This document shows positions 50,272-60,512 of a stretch of 64,000 nucleotides of DNA, one piece after another. The translations under genes and the position numbers were made by a program. Within the stretch, counting starts at the first letter, position 1. Each line of letters opens with the position of its first letter. The DNA comes from Giardia intestinalis. Lineage: Eukaryota. A model generated the notes under the pieces. That model worked only from the letters and a program-made list of their open reading frames with translations. It had not been told where the DNA came from and searched no databases. The stretch lies in NCBI GenBank assembly GCA_000002435.2, contig CM018789.1; one strand, written 5' to 3'.

Positions 50272-51894
50272 ATGTTCTATGCATTTTTGCTGACCGGTCT
50301 CGCACTCGAGCTAGTACGGGCAGCGCAAGCCGGAGACGAATGCGAAGAGGTAGCTAGCAGTGAGCCCAACACTTGCAAGGCCTGTAGCGCCGTCGTCAAC
50401 GGCAAGAAATACTGCTCGCAGTGCAACGGCGGTGGGTCTCAATCTGCCCCAACGGACGGAGTGTGCTCAGCAGACAATAACGAGTGTACCCGGAAGCAAG
50501 ATGGGAAGTGCACACAGTGCGCTAATAAGTCCTTCATGTACAAGGGCGGATGCTACAAGGATAGCCAGGCACCTGGCAACACGATGTGTGAAACAGCAAA
50601 TGCTGGAGTGTGCACACAGGCTAAGGAAGGATACTTCCTGCCGCCGGGCACTGATAACGCACACGACTCGGTTGTTTCGTGCGGGGATACAACGGGCGTG
50701 ACGCTTACTGGCGATAAGAAGTACACGGGCGTGGCCGAGTGCGTCACCTGTACTCAGCCAGGGCAACTATCAATTGGTGGCACTAAGGCCGCCATATGCA
50801 CCAAATGTGCCGCAGACCTCTACTTGAAAATAGATAGAGGCGTTATGGAGTGCGTCGCGGAATCAGGATGCGGCGAGGGCTTCTTCCCGACAATCGTCGA
50901 CGGTGTTAAGAAGTGTGCTGGCTGTAGTGAAGCTGGAAGCGGTGGCATAGAAGACTGCGAACTATGCATACCTAGAGCACCTGCTCCTGAAGCAGGAGTC
51001 AAGGTCACCTGCTCTAAGTGTCATGCTAGTAAGAAGGTCAGCCCCCTCAAGGACGAGTGCATGGACAACTGCCCCGCCGGGACATACGACAAGCAAAACG
51101 TCTGCACCCCCTGCCACTCGTCGTGTGCCAGCTGCCAGACCGACGACAAGGAGACCTCCTGCACGGCCTGCTACCCTGGACACTCCCTTCTGTATGAGGC
51201 CAACGGAGCGACTGGGAGGTGCGTCAAGGAATGCACTGGTGCGTTCATTACCAACTGTGCAGACGGGCAGTGCACGGCTGACGTGGGGGGCGCGAAGTAC
51301 TGTGCCCAGTGCAAGGAGGGATATGCCCCAATCGACGGAGTGTGCACAGCAGTAAAAATTGGGAGAGACGCGAGTGTATGCACAGCTGCAAGCGGGAAGT
51401 GCACGGCGTGCACAGGAGCATACGCCCTCATTTCTGGTGGATGCTATGGTGTGGCGAAGCTTCCTGGAAAGGCTGTCTGCACGGCAGCTAACAATGGAGA
51501 GTGCACTACTTGCGCGAACGGACAACAGCCCAGTGGAAAGGTCTGTCCGACATGTCCAGCTGGCTGCTCAAAATGTACAGGAAGTGCTCCTTCACAGCAG
51601 TGTTCGGAGTGCTTCCCGGGATACTATAAGTCCGGAACAAAGTGCGTAGCATGCGACAAGGATGATGGAAGCATTAAAGGCGTACCAAACTGTCTGAGCT
51701 GCAAGGAGCCAGCCAGTTCTTCCGGGGCTGTTACTTGCTATGTCAAGACAGACGGCACTAACAATGGCGGAAGCATGAACAAGAGCGGCCTTTCTACCGG
51801 CGCCATCGCGGGCATCTCCGTCGCTGTCATCGCTGTCGTGGGGGGTCTCGTGGGCTTCCTCTGCTGGTGGTTCATATGTAGAGGGAAGGCATAG
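50272..51894 (+). CDS. Variant-specific surface protein (VSP), 540 aa from the first ATG
   Basis: The track ORF starts on TTG at 50245; the ATG at 50272 gives MFYAFLLTGLALELVRAAQA (signal peptide). Cys-rich CXXC repeats, GGCY motifs, a C-terminal TM and ...GFLCWWFICRGKA. It is followed at 51897-51911 by ACTTAGGTAGTGAATAC. Confidence 0.85.
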   Translation: MFYAFLLTGLALELVRAAQAGDECEEVASSEPNTCKACSAVVNGKKYCSQCNGGGSQSAPTDGVCSADNNECTRKQDGKCTQCANKSFMYKGGCYKDSQAPGNTMCETANAGVCTQAKEGYFLPPGTDNAHDSVVSCGDTTGVTLTGDKKYTGVAECVTCTQPGQLSIGGTKAAICTKCAADLYLKIDRGVMECVAESGCGEGFFPTIVDGVKKCAGCSEAGSGGIEDCELCIPRAPAPEAGVKVTCSKCHASKKVSPLKDECMDNCPAGTYDKQNVCTPCHSSCASCQTDDKETSCTACYPGHSLLYEANGATGRCVKECTGAFITNCADGQCTADVGGAKYCAQCKEGYAPIDGVCTAVKIGRDASVCTAASGKCTACTGAYALISGGCYGVAKLPGKAVCTAANNGECTTCANGQQPSGKVCPTCPAGCSKCTGSAPSQQCSECFPGYYKSGTKCVACDKDDGSIKGVPNCLSCKEPASSSGAVTCYVKTDGTNNGGSMNKSGLSTGAIAGISVAVIAVVGGLVGFLCWWFICRGKA

Positions 51895-51896
51895 GT

Positions 51897-51911
51897 ACTT
51901 AGGTAGTGAAT
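51897..51911 (+). promoter_or_regulatory. VSP extended polyadenylation signal ACTTAGGTAGTGAAT
   Basis: It starts 3 nt after the TAG stop of the VSP at 51894 and has the same motif as the other two VSPs. Confidence 0.7.
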
Positions 51912-51951
51912 ACTATGAGTGATGATAGTGGGGTGATAGTGTGATGATAGT

Positions 51952-53046
51952 GTGATATGCACAAAGGCTAGTGATGGAGTATGCACTACTTGTAAGACAG
52001 ATAACGGCCTGTTCAAGAACCCGGCTGCACCTCAGAAGCCTGGTAATGAGTGCATCCTCTGTCATGATGCCACGGGAGCAGATGGATATATGGGAGTCGA
52101 GGGCTGCGCTACATGCACCAAGTCAGACAGTAATAAGGGGGCAGCCACGTGTACTGCCTGTCAAGCAGGGTACTACAAGGACTCTCAGGCATGTAGCAAG
52201 TGTGATGGTACTTGTCTGACCTGCGATGGAAGTGGTCAGAATCAGTGTACATCGTGCCCAGAGGGGAAGTACTTGAAGGGTGATAAGACTTGCGTAACTA
52301 GTGATCAATGCACGAGCACCGTTTATCCAGACCCAGAGTCTGGAACGTGCAAGGAATGCAGTACGATAGATCAAGCATGTACTACCTGTAAGTACAATGC
52401 GACTGTCAGTAAGCCCCAGTGCACTGCCTGTAATAACAATAAGAAGGTGAAGACGGCCATCGATGGCATCACAACATGCGTCGATATAAGCTCTGGCTGC
52501 GAGGATGCTGATCACTTCAAGGCAGATGGTGATGCTGCGTGTGTCTTGTGCAGCGATACCAGCGGATCAGACCCAAAGAACAAAGGCATTGCTGGCTGTA
52601 AGGCTTGCACGAAGACAGCAAGTGCCAATCCAACCTGCTCGGAGTGCCTGGAGGGATACAAAAGTACCGGAGTTGGTTCAGTAACATGCACCCCCTGTCA
52701 CGCCAACTGTGCCACATGCTCAGCTGAAACTGCCGAGGATAAGTGTCTGACCTGCAAGACTGGGTTCTTCCTCGTTGAAGTTACACAACCGGCAGGAAAG
52801 TGTGTCTCATGTAGTGACACAAACAATGGGGGCATCGATGGATGTGTGGATACCTTACAGCATCACACCCGTCCAACTCAGCCATGCACAGGAGTCCCAT
52901 TCTTCCCCCAGGATCTGGTCCAGTGCTCAGCTGGTTCGGATGCCCTACCGCACCTTGTTGGAGACTGCATTGAAGCTACTGATCCGGCGGTGCTCTGGAC
53001 TCACTACCTACCATCAGATTGTCTTTGTTTTCGCATATTTACATAG
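51952..53046 (+). pseudogene. Truncated VSP fragment (internal Cys-rich region only: no ATG, no signal peptide, no TM or CRGKA tail)
   Basis: The frame opens on GTG directly after an in-frame TAG and has no in-frame ATG before residue ~46. It aligns to the middle of the 39770 VSP (CTTCNTKNGLFKNPAATVTPGNECILCSDAT... versus CTTCKTDNGLFKNPAAPQKPGNECILCHDAT...). It ends in non-VSP sequence (...LPSDCLCFRIFT) without the conserved tail. Confidence 0.6.
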
Positions 53047-53247
53047 TTGATGGCCATGGTCTTTCTCCGTTGTCCATTGAGGAATGAGACAATCAAATGA
53101 TACTTGATATGAACCTTAAAGTGTTTCATGTGAATTTCTGAATGGTTGTCTTGTTCTGCTATTAGCGAGTATATCATCTAATGCCCTTCAAAGAGCTCTT
53201 CGCATACAACAGCTGATAGGAAGTGTATACCAAAATACAAAGTTTAC

Positions 53248-54597
53248 ATGTCTGAACGCTACACCTCTTTGGCTCCAGCATATGCTGTGTATTACGAGAA
53301 CTATTACCCATATGAAGAAATTGTTGAGTGGCTCACGTACCATGGAAGCGTCCTCACTCAAAGGCGTGAATGGTCTTATGAAATAATCACAGCCACCGAT
53401 GAGACCTTTGTCACCAGATTTCGCGAGATCTCAGATGCAGAACAGCTCAGATCTATACTTCGCTTTTCCTCGAAGACATTAGAGGACTTTAAGCTCAAGC
53501 TTGACATCGGACCCGTTTATACGAGTGATATGAGTCAACGCAAAACGCAACCGGAGTTTGCACCATGTGAGCGAGAGCTTGTGTTCGATATTGACGCAGG
53601 TGACTATGATAGAATTCGTACCTGTTGTGCCGGACCAGCCATGTGTGACAAGTGCTGGCGCTTCATGGAACTGGCAGTCCCTCTCCTTATCCTCTTTTGT
53701 CGTGTTCACGGTTTCAACGACTACTTCTTTGTCTTTTCTGGACGGCGGGGATTGCATTGCTGGATATGCGATGCTCGTGCACGGAAGCTTTCTAAGGACT
53801 CTCGCAAAAGCATGGTCGACGCATTCAATATCATTAGCATAGATACAGGAAGTGTTCTTCGGGAGTCATACGATCACTCCAATTGGCTTTGTCGCTTAAT
53901 TCACGATCACATTTGTATACGTTTCTTTTCCCAAATGCTTGAAGAACAGAATTGGCTTGGTGGAGGTGTTGAAGAGCACTTAGCTAAGTACTCTAAGGAA
54001 AGCCTTCTGACAGAGCTACGACGGGCTGATTCTGCGCTGTTTTCGTCAGCGCCGATCTTTTTCTTTCTTCATATTACCTTATGCATTTACTCTTGCTTAG
54101 TTGCAGGAGGGTATCCTGTTACAACTGGTTCTGCCAAAAATTCAGACGGGCGATTTGCATCTCTTCTTACTACATTCATCGGAAAACTGACTATGATAAC
54201 ATCATCTGCCGCTCGCTGGACTGAGCTTGAGCTACTAATTAAGGATTATGATCCAATTCTTGCTGCCATCAGGGTGTACTACACATATCCCCGATTTGAT
54301 GTAGAGGTCACTCGCGGGATGAACCATCTTCTAAAGATTCCATTCTCGGTTCACTCCAAGTCTCGTAAAATATCAGTCCCCTTTCCACCCGCACCAATCC
54401 TCAAAACCTATTCCATTGATACAGGAGTTCTTCAACTGGGACCCTTAGACACCGATGACTCCTTGCCAAGGTTTCTGCCATCTGATGCACCCACTGTGGA
54501 CGATCTTTTGAGCGGACACACAGAGCACTACTTCAAGTACCGCACATATTTCTCCCGAATTGTTCATCAGGTGACAGCGCCATATGATGGAACTTAA
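53248..54597 (+). CDS. PRI1: DNA primase small (catalytic) subunit, eukaryotic p48/Pri1 type
   Basis: ATG confirmed. RELVFDIDAGDYDRIRTCCAGPAMCDKCWRFM...FFVFSGRRGLHCWICDARARKLS matches the conserved primase catalytic core (ELVFDIDMTDYD..R.CC....IC.KCW........SGRRGVHCWVCD...R.L). There is a Giardia-specific insertion in the C-terminal half. Confidence 0.85.
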   Translation: MSERYTSLAPAYAVYYENYYPYEEIVEWLTYHGSVLTQRREWSYEIITATDETFVTRFREISDAEQLRSILRFSSKTLEDFKLKLDIGPVYTSDMSQRKTQPEFAPCERELVFDIDAGDYDRIRTCCAGPAMCDKCWRFMELAVPLLILFCRVHGFNDYFFVFSGRRGLHCWICDARARKLSKDSRKSMVDAFNIISIDTGSVLRESYDHSNWLCRLIHDHICIRFFSQMLEEQNWLGGGVEEHLAKYSKESLLTELRRADSALFSSAPIFFFLHITLCIYSCLVAGGYPVTTGSAKNSDGRFASLLTTFIGKLTMITSSAARWTELELLIKDYDPILAAIRVYYTYPRFDVEVTRGMNHLLKIPFSVHSKSRKISVPFPPAPILKTYSIDTGVLQLGPLDTDDSLPRFLPSDAPTVDDLLSGHTEHYFKYRTYFSRIVHQVTAPYDGT

Positions 54598-54911
54598 AGG
54601 AAGACACACTGGTATATTCCAGCTCTTTTGATTCACAGGAAATCTATTTTCATAAGGTAGCTAACAATAACATTGCCAGTCGAGCACTCTGTTAAATATG
54701 TAACTAATATCAAGTAATAACTTCTACAAACCGCCATGAAAAAAGAGTTGTAAATAGAACGTCTCAAAACAATTATACTAGACTCCTGCAGCACTACAAA
54801 ACATACTCATACAACTAATCGTACGGCTCAAGGTTGACAACGAAGTATTCGCAGTAGTGTGCAAATATGATAGCATATAGTTTATTTGGCCGATGAACCC
54901 TGAGTGAGCGC

Positions 54912-56660
54912 TTACTTCTTCTTTCCGTTCTTAGCTTTGCCTTGAGCTGGTGCAGTGCCTTGCTTTTTCGAGCTCTGTTTTGGAAACAGGGGCGGCAATT
55001 TCTCACCCAGCGTCAATCCTGGCGCAATGTAGCCAATGGTCAAGACTTCCCTTTTAATAACTCGGTCTTCACTCGAAACTCCAAGTTGGTCTAAGATGAG
55101 CGGGGCCTTCTGTGGTATAAACGGAAGCAAGAGGGTTGCACAGACACGTAAAAGTTCATTAGCGCAGTACATGACGAATTCATGGCCATTCTTGGTTTCC
55201 GCCTTCTTGATCAGGACCCACGGCATCGTCAGTTGAATATAATTATTAATCCCAACTAAAATCTCAAATATCTTGGAAAGAGCTCCTGGAATGTCGATAT
55301 TGTCCATAAGGTTGGTCACTTCCTCACAAATCGCAAGTCCTTTATCCAGAAGATCAGAGATATCGTTGATTTTTATTATAGAAGAAATATTTTCACGCTC
55401 ACCCGCGTCAGCTGGCAATAGTTCTGCTATAGAGCTCCTTCTACTTTTCATCCAAAGAGACCGGATCTGTGCAAAGCTTACGCCTTCAAATAGCTTCGAC
55501 GGATCTGTCCAGGCTCTGTCCGGTAGTAACGAATCTGCGGTGCAACGCATGGTCAGGTTGCCTAGAACATTCGCTAAGTCTGATTCTGTACGCATCGAGA
55601 TAAGTTCCTCCGTAATACCGGGGTCATTTGCTGGAGAACCTTCACGCAACATGAAGTATTTAACGCCGTCCAAGCCATATGCCTCCACCAGGGACATTGG
55701 ATCGAGGGCATTACCGAGACTTTTCCCGATTTTCTGGTGATTTATTGTCCACCACCCATGGATGAAAAAGCGTCGAGGACACGGTATGCTTGCGCCCATT
55801 AGAAACGCAAGCCAATAGACACAGTGGAATCTGGCAATATCTTTCCCCAAAAACTGGACATCGGCAGGCCACAACCTACTGCTAAATGTTCCATCTGGAT
55901 TGATTGTAGAATCAGCAGCGGTTAGGTATATAGCTAGTGCGTCAATCCAGACGTACATAACGTGGTCACTGTCCCCTGGCACAGGGATCCCCCATGAGAT
56001 CTTGTCTTTGGAACGGGAAATGGAGATATCGTGAAGCCCCGAGTGAATGAAGGAGACTATTTCGGCCTGTCGAAAGGCGGGTATGATGATCTCAGGATTG
56101 TCCTGGTAAAATTTGAGCAAGGGCTCCTGAAATGACGAGAGTCTGAACTTATAGTTTTCCTCGCTCAAAAACACACAAGGTTGGCCAGACTCTGCAGACA
56201 CTTTGCATGGCTTCCCTTGAGCATCAACACCATCCTTGAGATTTGTCTCTGTTACAAAAGCTTCGTCGGCAACACAATACCAACCTTCATACTTATCTTT
56301 ATAGATCAGTCCAGCAGTACGCAGCTTCTCCCAAAGTTTGGTAGCCATCTCAACATGCTTAGGCATCGTCGTGCGCATAAAGACATCCGGGCACAGACCA
56401 AAGTTCTCCAGAAAGTACGTTTCAAATGTCTTAGCCATGTTATCACACCATTGCTGCGGTTGCAGTCCCATTTTCTCGGCAGACTGCTGGACTTTCTGGC
56501 CGTGCTCATCGGTTCCAGTCATGAGGTAAGTCTCAAAACCTTGGAGTTTTCTAAAGCGCTTCAAAGTGTCTGCAAGCAGCGTTGTGAAGACATGACCGAT
56601 GTGAGGCTTTCCATTAACATAGTAAATAGGCGTGGTAAGATATACCTTTCTTGCCTCCAT
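54912..56660 (-). CDS. Methionyl-tRNA synthetase (class I, bacterial/organellar-type core) with a Lys-rich C-terminal tail
   Basis: N-terminal YLTTPIYYVNGKPHIGH (HIGH motif in MetRS context) and KIGKSLGNALDP (KMSKS-type motif, as MetRS KMSKSLGNV.DP). The track coordinates are used; my own count of the start was off by one, so the ends are trusted to +/-1. Confidence 0.75.
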   Translation of the reverse strand: MEARKVYLTTPIYYVNGKPHIGHVFTTLLADTLKRFRKLQGFETYLMTGTDEHGQKVQQSAEKMGLQPQQWCDNMAKTFETYFLENFGLCPDVFMRTTMPKHVEMATKLWEKLRTAGLIYKDKYEGWYCVADEAFVTETNLKDGVDAQGKPCKVSAESGQPCVFLSEENYKFRLSSFQEPLLKFYQDNPEIIIPAFRQAEIVSFIHSGLHDISISRSKDKISWGIPVPGDSDHVMYVWIDALAIYLTAADSTINPDGTFSSRLWPADVQFLGKDIARFHCVYWLAFLMGASIPCPRRFFIHGWWTINHQKIGKSLGNALDPMSLVEAYGLDGVKYFMLREGSPANDPGITEELISMRTESDLANVLGNLTMRCTADSLLPDRAWTDPSKLFEGVSFAQIRSLWMKSRRSSIAELLPADAGERENISSIIKINDISDLLDKGLAICEEVTNLMDNIDIPGALSKIFEILVGINNYIQLTMPWVLIKKAETKNGHEFVMYCANELLRVCATLLLPFIPQKAPLILDQLGVSSEDRVIKREVLTIGYIAPGLTLGEKLPPLFPKQSSKKQGTAPAQGKAKNGKKK

Positions 56661-56684
56661 TTTATTTAAATCATTAAATTCACC

Positions 56685-57458
56685 ATGTCACCTTATCAGC
56701 AAACAGACTCTCTGCAAGACGTGATTAGGCGCTATATAGCCGACATGCAAGCACGGGGGCATCCTCCAAAAGATATTCTGAGTCAGGTCCTCCATCTTAC
56801 TTTGGATGTTATCTTTCCAAGTGGGCCATGCTCTACAAGCTCATCAACTGTAGCAGCCCCACAGGCACCTCCACCCACTGCAGAAGAGGCAAAAAAGGCT
56901 TCAGGTCAAGAGGAAGGAACCTCGTCTTCTTTTTATTCTTCCTTTTCTTCTTCTTCGTCTCATCAGCCTACTCCTAGGCCACAGTCTCCCTCGTCTTCCT
57001 CCTCTTCTTCGTCTTCTTCATCCTCCTCATCTTCATCTTCATCTTCATCTTCATCCTCATCTTCCTCGTCCTCGTCCTCATCATCTTCTTCCTCTTCCTC
57101 TTCTTCGTCGAGTTCTCGCTCTAGCTCTCACTCCAGCTCTAGCCACTCTACTACTGATTCTGAAGAGTCTTCTGGGTCTCTAAGTGTGCCATCTCCGGAA
57201 ACATCATCGTCTTCGTCCTCATCGAAGTCCTCACCCAATGAGGTTATAGAGCCATCCATAAAAAGGCAAGAGAGACCGTACTCACACAGTGAGAAGACTA
57301 GTTCGACAGAGCCTCGTCGCGTAACAGAGATGTATCGTGACATGCACAATTCCACTGGTAATAGTTATCGCCAAGCAAAGGCCAAAAGAAAGAGCGGATC
57401 TTTTTCAGGGGGTTCAGTGATAGATCCCAGTGTGCGCTATAGCAAGAGCTTAAGTTGA
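56685..57458 (+). CDS. Serine-rich low-complexity protein (257 aa) with an ~60-residue uninterrupted poly-Ser tract
   Basis: ATG present (atgtcaccttatcag). The composition is dominated by S/P/T, so the coding status is less certain than for conserved genes. Confidence 0.5.
   Translation: MSPYQQTDSLQDVIRRYIADMQARGHPPKDILSQVLHLTLDVIFPSGPCSTSSSTVAAPQAPPPTAEEAKKASGQEEGTSSSFYSSFSSSSSHQPTPRPQSPSSSSSSSSSSSSSSSSSSSSSSSSSSSSSSSSSSSSSSSSSSRSSSHSSSSHSTTDSEESSGSLSVPSPETSSSSSSSKSSPNEVIEPSIKRQERPYSHSEKTSSTEPRRVTEMYRDMHNSTGNSYRQAKAKRKSGSFSGGSVIDPSVRYSKSLS
56990..57120 (+). repeat. Imperfect TCN trinucleotide (poly-serine codon) repeat inside the Ser-rich ORF
   Basis: tcttcctcctcttcttcgtcttcttcatcctcctcatcttcatcttcatcttca... 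read directly from the sequence. Confidence 0.8.
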
Positions 57459-57467
57459 TACAAGCAG

Positions 57468-58475
57468 CTATGTAAATTTACCTTTGTTGTGCAAGACTTC
57501 AGCTTTGGTCTCTTCCTGGATCAATGCGCGCACGGTACCCCTTATCTCATCAACTTGCTTGAGCGTCACTGTTAGATCTTTGAGTGCTAACTTAAGAGAT
57601 CTGACCTCTCGTTCCTTCTTATCTAGCATGTCTTCTGCGATACGACAGTTTTCTCTAACCTTCAAAAGCATGTCCTCTTGCCTTCTGTAGGCCTGCTCCT
57701 TATCTTCCAACTGAGCCATCAAAAGCTTCATACTTGGTGCCATTAACCCCTGCTCTGTTACTTTCTGTGTTAAGCTCTCCAATCGTACAATTCTGTCTTG
57801 CAGAATTCTTCGCTCATCTTTCAAACTGCTGTTCTCCCGTTTGGTAGTATCCAACTCCCTGGCCAGTGAGGCAATTCTTCCGAGCAATAGATCGTTATCC
57901 TCACGTCGCAACGGGACGCCAGGTTCCGCATACTGCATGTTGCCGGTGTATACCTGGAGAAGAGTATCGACCACAGCGTCGTAGCCTGGATCTGTTGCAC
58001 CGTCATGGCCCCTAGTTAAGGCCATTATAGAAGACGCCCCTGTCATTGCCTTTCTGATCTTTAAAACCTCCTCTTCATGAAGAGACTTTTGGCGTGCTTG
58101 CTTTGTCTCTAGCTCGATGATACGCTCGCGGCTCTGCGCATTCATCCGTTGCATGTTTAAATACTCTTCCCGAGCTGCGTCAAGCCTCTTGACCAGCTCT
58201 CCTTTCTCGCTGCGTATATCCATTAGCTCTGACCGCATATCGTGAACTAGAGCAGAGAGCTGTTCAACACGTAGCTGAGATGCAGCAAGAGCGCTCTGGG
58301 CATGCAACTCTCGTGCAGACATCTCCTTCAACTCCTGCTCACGATTGAGCTGCATCTGCTGCACAAGAGTTCGCTCGTGGGCTAGCTCAGCCCGTAGGCG
58401 CGCTAAATCTTGAGCTAGGGACGCTTCTTTCGCTTGTTGAAGACCGTGGACTATCTCCCATTCTTGAGGGTTCAT
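57468..58475 (-). CDS. Coiled-coil protein (335 aa)
   Basis: Long ORF with heptad-rich charged composition (LARLRAELAHERTLVQQMQLNREQELKEMSARELHAQSALAASQLRVEQL...). No specific family recognised. Confidence 0.6.
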   Translation of the reverse strand: MNPQEWEIVHGLQQAKEASLAQDLARLRAELAHERTLVQQMQLNREQELKEMSARELHAQSALAASQLRVEQLSALVHDMRSELMDIRSEKGELVKRLDAAREEYLNMQRMNAQSRERIIELETKQARQKSLHEEEVLKIRKAMTGASSIMALTRGHDGATDPGYDAVVDTLLQVYTGNMQYAEPGVPLRREDNDLLLGRIASLARELDTTKRENSSLKDERRILQDRIVRLESLTQKVTEQGLMAPSMKLLMAQLEDKEQAYRRQEDMLLKVRENCRIAEDMLDKKEREVRSLKLALKDLTVTLKQVDEIRGTVRALIQEETKAEVLHNKGKFT

Positions 58476-58583
58476 TTTATTGACACGCTACAGTCCTAAC
58501 AGACATTATTGAACGGAAAGCCAATCCATTGGCCGGCAGATTGAGGTAGGGCAGGCTTTAATCACAAGTGAATCAAAAAAATC

Positions 58584-60485
58584 ATGATTATCTCTCCCAT
58601 TCCGCGAGGATTGACGGAGCAGTTAAAGGTAATACCACTGTCTGTAATATTCTTAGGTAGTAAGGAGTATGCGAATGGAGTTAATTTGAGGGCATCTCTG
58701 CTATTTGTGTACAGTGCAACGGCCTATCTCTTGGTTTCATCAAATTTGAATATAAATGCTCTTCCCTTTTTCCTTCGTGCCTTGGTTGTCTCCACACTTT
58801 CTCTTTTCCCTGCAGCGGTCGTCTGCACGCTCTGGGTTGTTCGCTATCACGTAGAACTGGACTTTCTGCATAGCATCTCTCAGATTGTCATTCTTTCTAC
58901 TGCTTTGTTGCTGCTGCCCCCATTCCCTGGCACCACCAATGTAGTCGACTCTATAATGGTGATTCAGTATATAATTTTTATTTATAGTGTATTGATACTA
59001 TTAGATAACATACTGCTTTCTAGATTGCTCGGAGCAATCGGCTGGAATCGCTCCTTACAAGCAAGCGCACCTTACTACTGGGCTGCCCTCTCTTCTGCGC
59101 GATGCTGTCTCCAGTCTGTTTACTTGTCCCTGTGCTCTCTATATTTTATTAAATTTCGAAATGCATCTACCAAGGGCCAAAACGTGCGGTTAAGACGCTT
59201 TTTAGCCCATAAGAAAGCGCAGACCTTGCCAGCGGAGCGTTTAACTATTCTATCAACCCGTATAGACATCGACAGACAGACGAGGTCGTTCGATTTATTA
59301 TATATCGTTCTGATACTGGTTATTTATGGCCATATATGGTATACTAGTGTCTGGAAGGGAAATGCCATAGCCAAGTACCTGCCACAGTACTATGGAGTAG
59401 GAGACCTTATCCCTTTATATTTCGACCGAACGTCATCATATAAGATTGCAGGTTGTGATAATTTAACACAGTATATGTTATACTTAGTCCTATTCTTTAT
59501 TATAGGCTGGCTCTACTACCATCTTTGTCAGACAAAATTGCACCGCTTGAAGCTACAACATGCCTCCAGAGACCTTACCCAGGCATTCTGTCGTAAGGGT
59601 TTCCATCTCCTCTACATAATAGTGCTTCTATCTCTATTCTCTGATCCAATCGCCTTCTTCGTTCTTTCTTCAATAGCCGTGGGTTGCTTCTGTATATTGG
59701 AGGCCGTGCGTGGTCAGGTGCAGACCCCCTTTCACACGTATACACAGTGCTTTGTTGTAGATAAGCGCAGAAACGTGGAGCTATCCCATATCTTTCTATT
59801 ACTTAATGGGAGTGTCTTTCCTGCTGTCTACTTTCTCCTTTGGCTAGCTGCTGGCCCTCCTGTGCATACACCGGATGCTCATGGCGATACACACCATTCA
59901 TCCAATATTTGGTCCAAAACTCTTTATTTTATTCGTGCTAGAGACACTAAGCTGCAAAGCTATGACTCGTTTTTGTCGGCTGGCGTTGTGACAACTATCT
60001 GCGCGGATGCGTGCGCTGTATACGCATCTATTATTTTCACCTACATTACTGGCTTTCCTCCCCGTCGCTATAAAGATATATTCTATATTAAATTTAAATC
60101 TAATCTGATTGTAGTATCCGATTCATCAGAAAAAAAAGATTCGACGACTAAACAGTTATCACCCAAGTGCCGCTATTTTTCATCTCACTACAGAAACAGC
60201 ATTCCGGTCACCTTAGTCTCAACCAAAACGACGTGTACCGGGCTGTCTCCATTCAGTAGAGGATGTCACAACGCCTGTTTAAATAAAAACAGAACATTTG
60301 TGGGCAGCATTGGATTCTGGATATCGTCCACCCTTATTTGCGCCCTACTGTATGGGTACTCTATTGGGCAGAGCTTACTTCTAAGCATGATTACTGCCCT
60401 TGCAGAGACTGTCTCGTCCATGGATAATTTAATTCTTCCATTCATATTTATATGTTTCCGTGGACTTGTGTATCATCTACTCTGA
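58584..60485 (+). CDS. Polytopic membrane protein (633 aa), hypothetical
   Basis: Long ORF with more than 10 hydrophobic helices. No diagnostic motifs recognised. Confidence 0.6.
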   Translation: MIISPIPRGLTEQLKVIPLSVIFLGSKEYANGVNLRASLLFVYSATAYLLVSSNLNINALPFFLRALVVSTLSLFPAAVVCTLWVVRYHVELDFLHSISQIVILSTALLLLPPFPGTTNVVDSIMVIQYIIFIYSVLILLDNILLSRLLGAIGWNRSLQASAPYYWAALSSARCCLQSVYLSLCSLYFIKFRNASTKGQNVRLRRFLAHKKAQTLPAERLTILSTRIDIDRQTRSFDLLYIVLILVIYGHIWYTSVWKGNAIAKYLPQYYGVGDLIPLYFDRTSSYKIAGCDNLTQYMLYLVLFFIIGWLYYHLCQTKLHRLKLQHASRDLTQAFCRKGFHLLYIIVLLSLFSDPIAFFVLSSIAVGCFCILEAVRGQVQTPFHTYTQCFVVDKRRNVELSHIFLLLNGSVFPAVYFLLWLAAGPPVHTPDAHGDTHHSSNIWSKTLYFIRARDTKLQSYDSFLSAGVVTTICADACAVYASIIFTYITGFPPRRYKDIFYIKFKSNLIVVSDSSEKKDSTTKQLSPKCRYFSSHYRNSIPVTLVSTKTTCTGLSPFSRGCHNACLNKNRTFVGSIGFWISSTLICALLYGYSIGQSLLLSMITALAETVSSMDNLILPFIFICFRGLVYHLL

Positions 60486-60512
60486 TTTATCAGATAGTCT
60501 ATGATATAAGAG

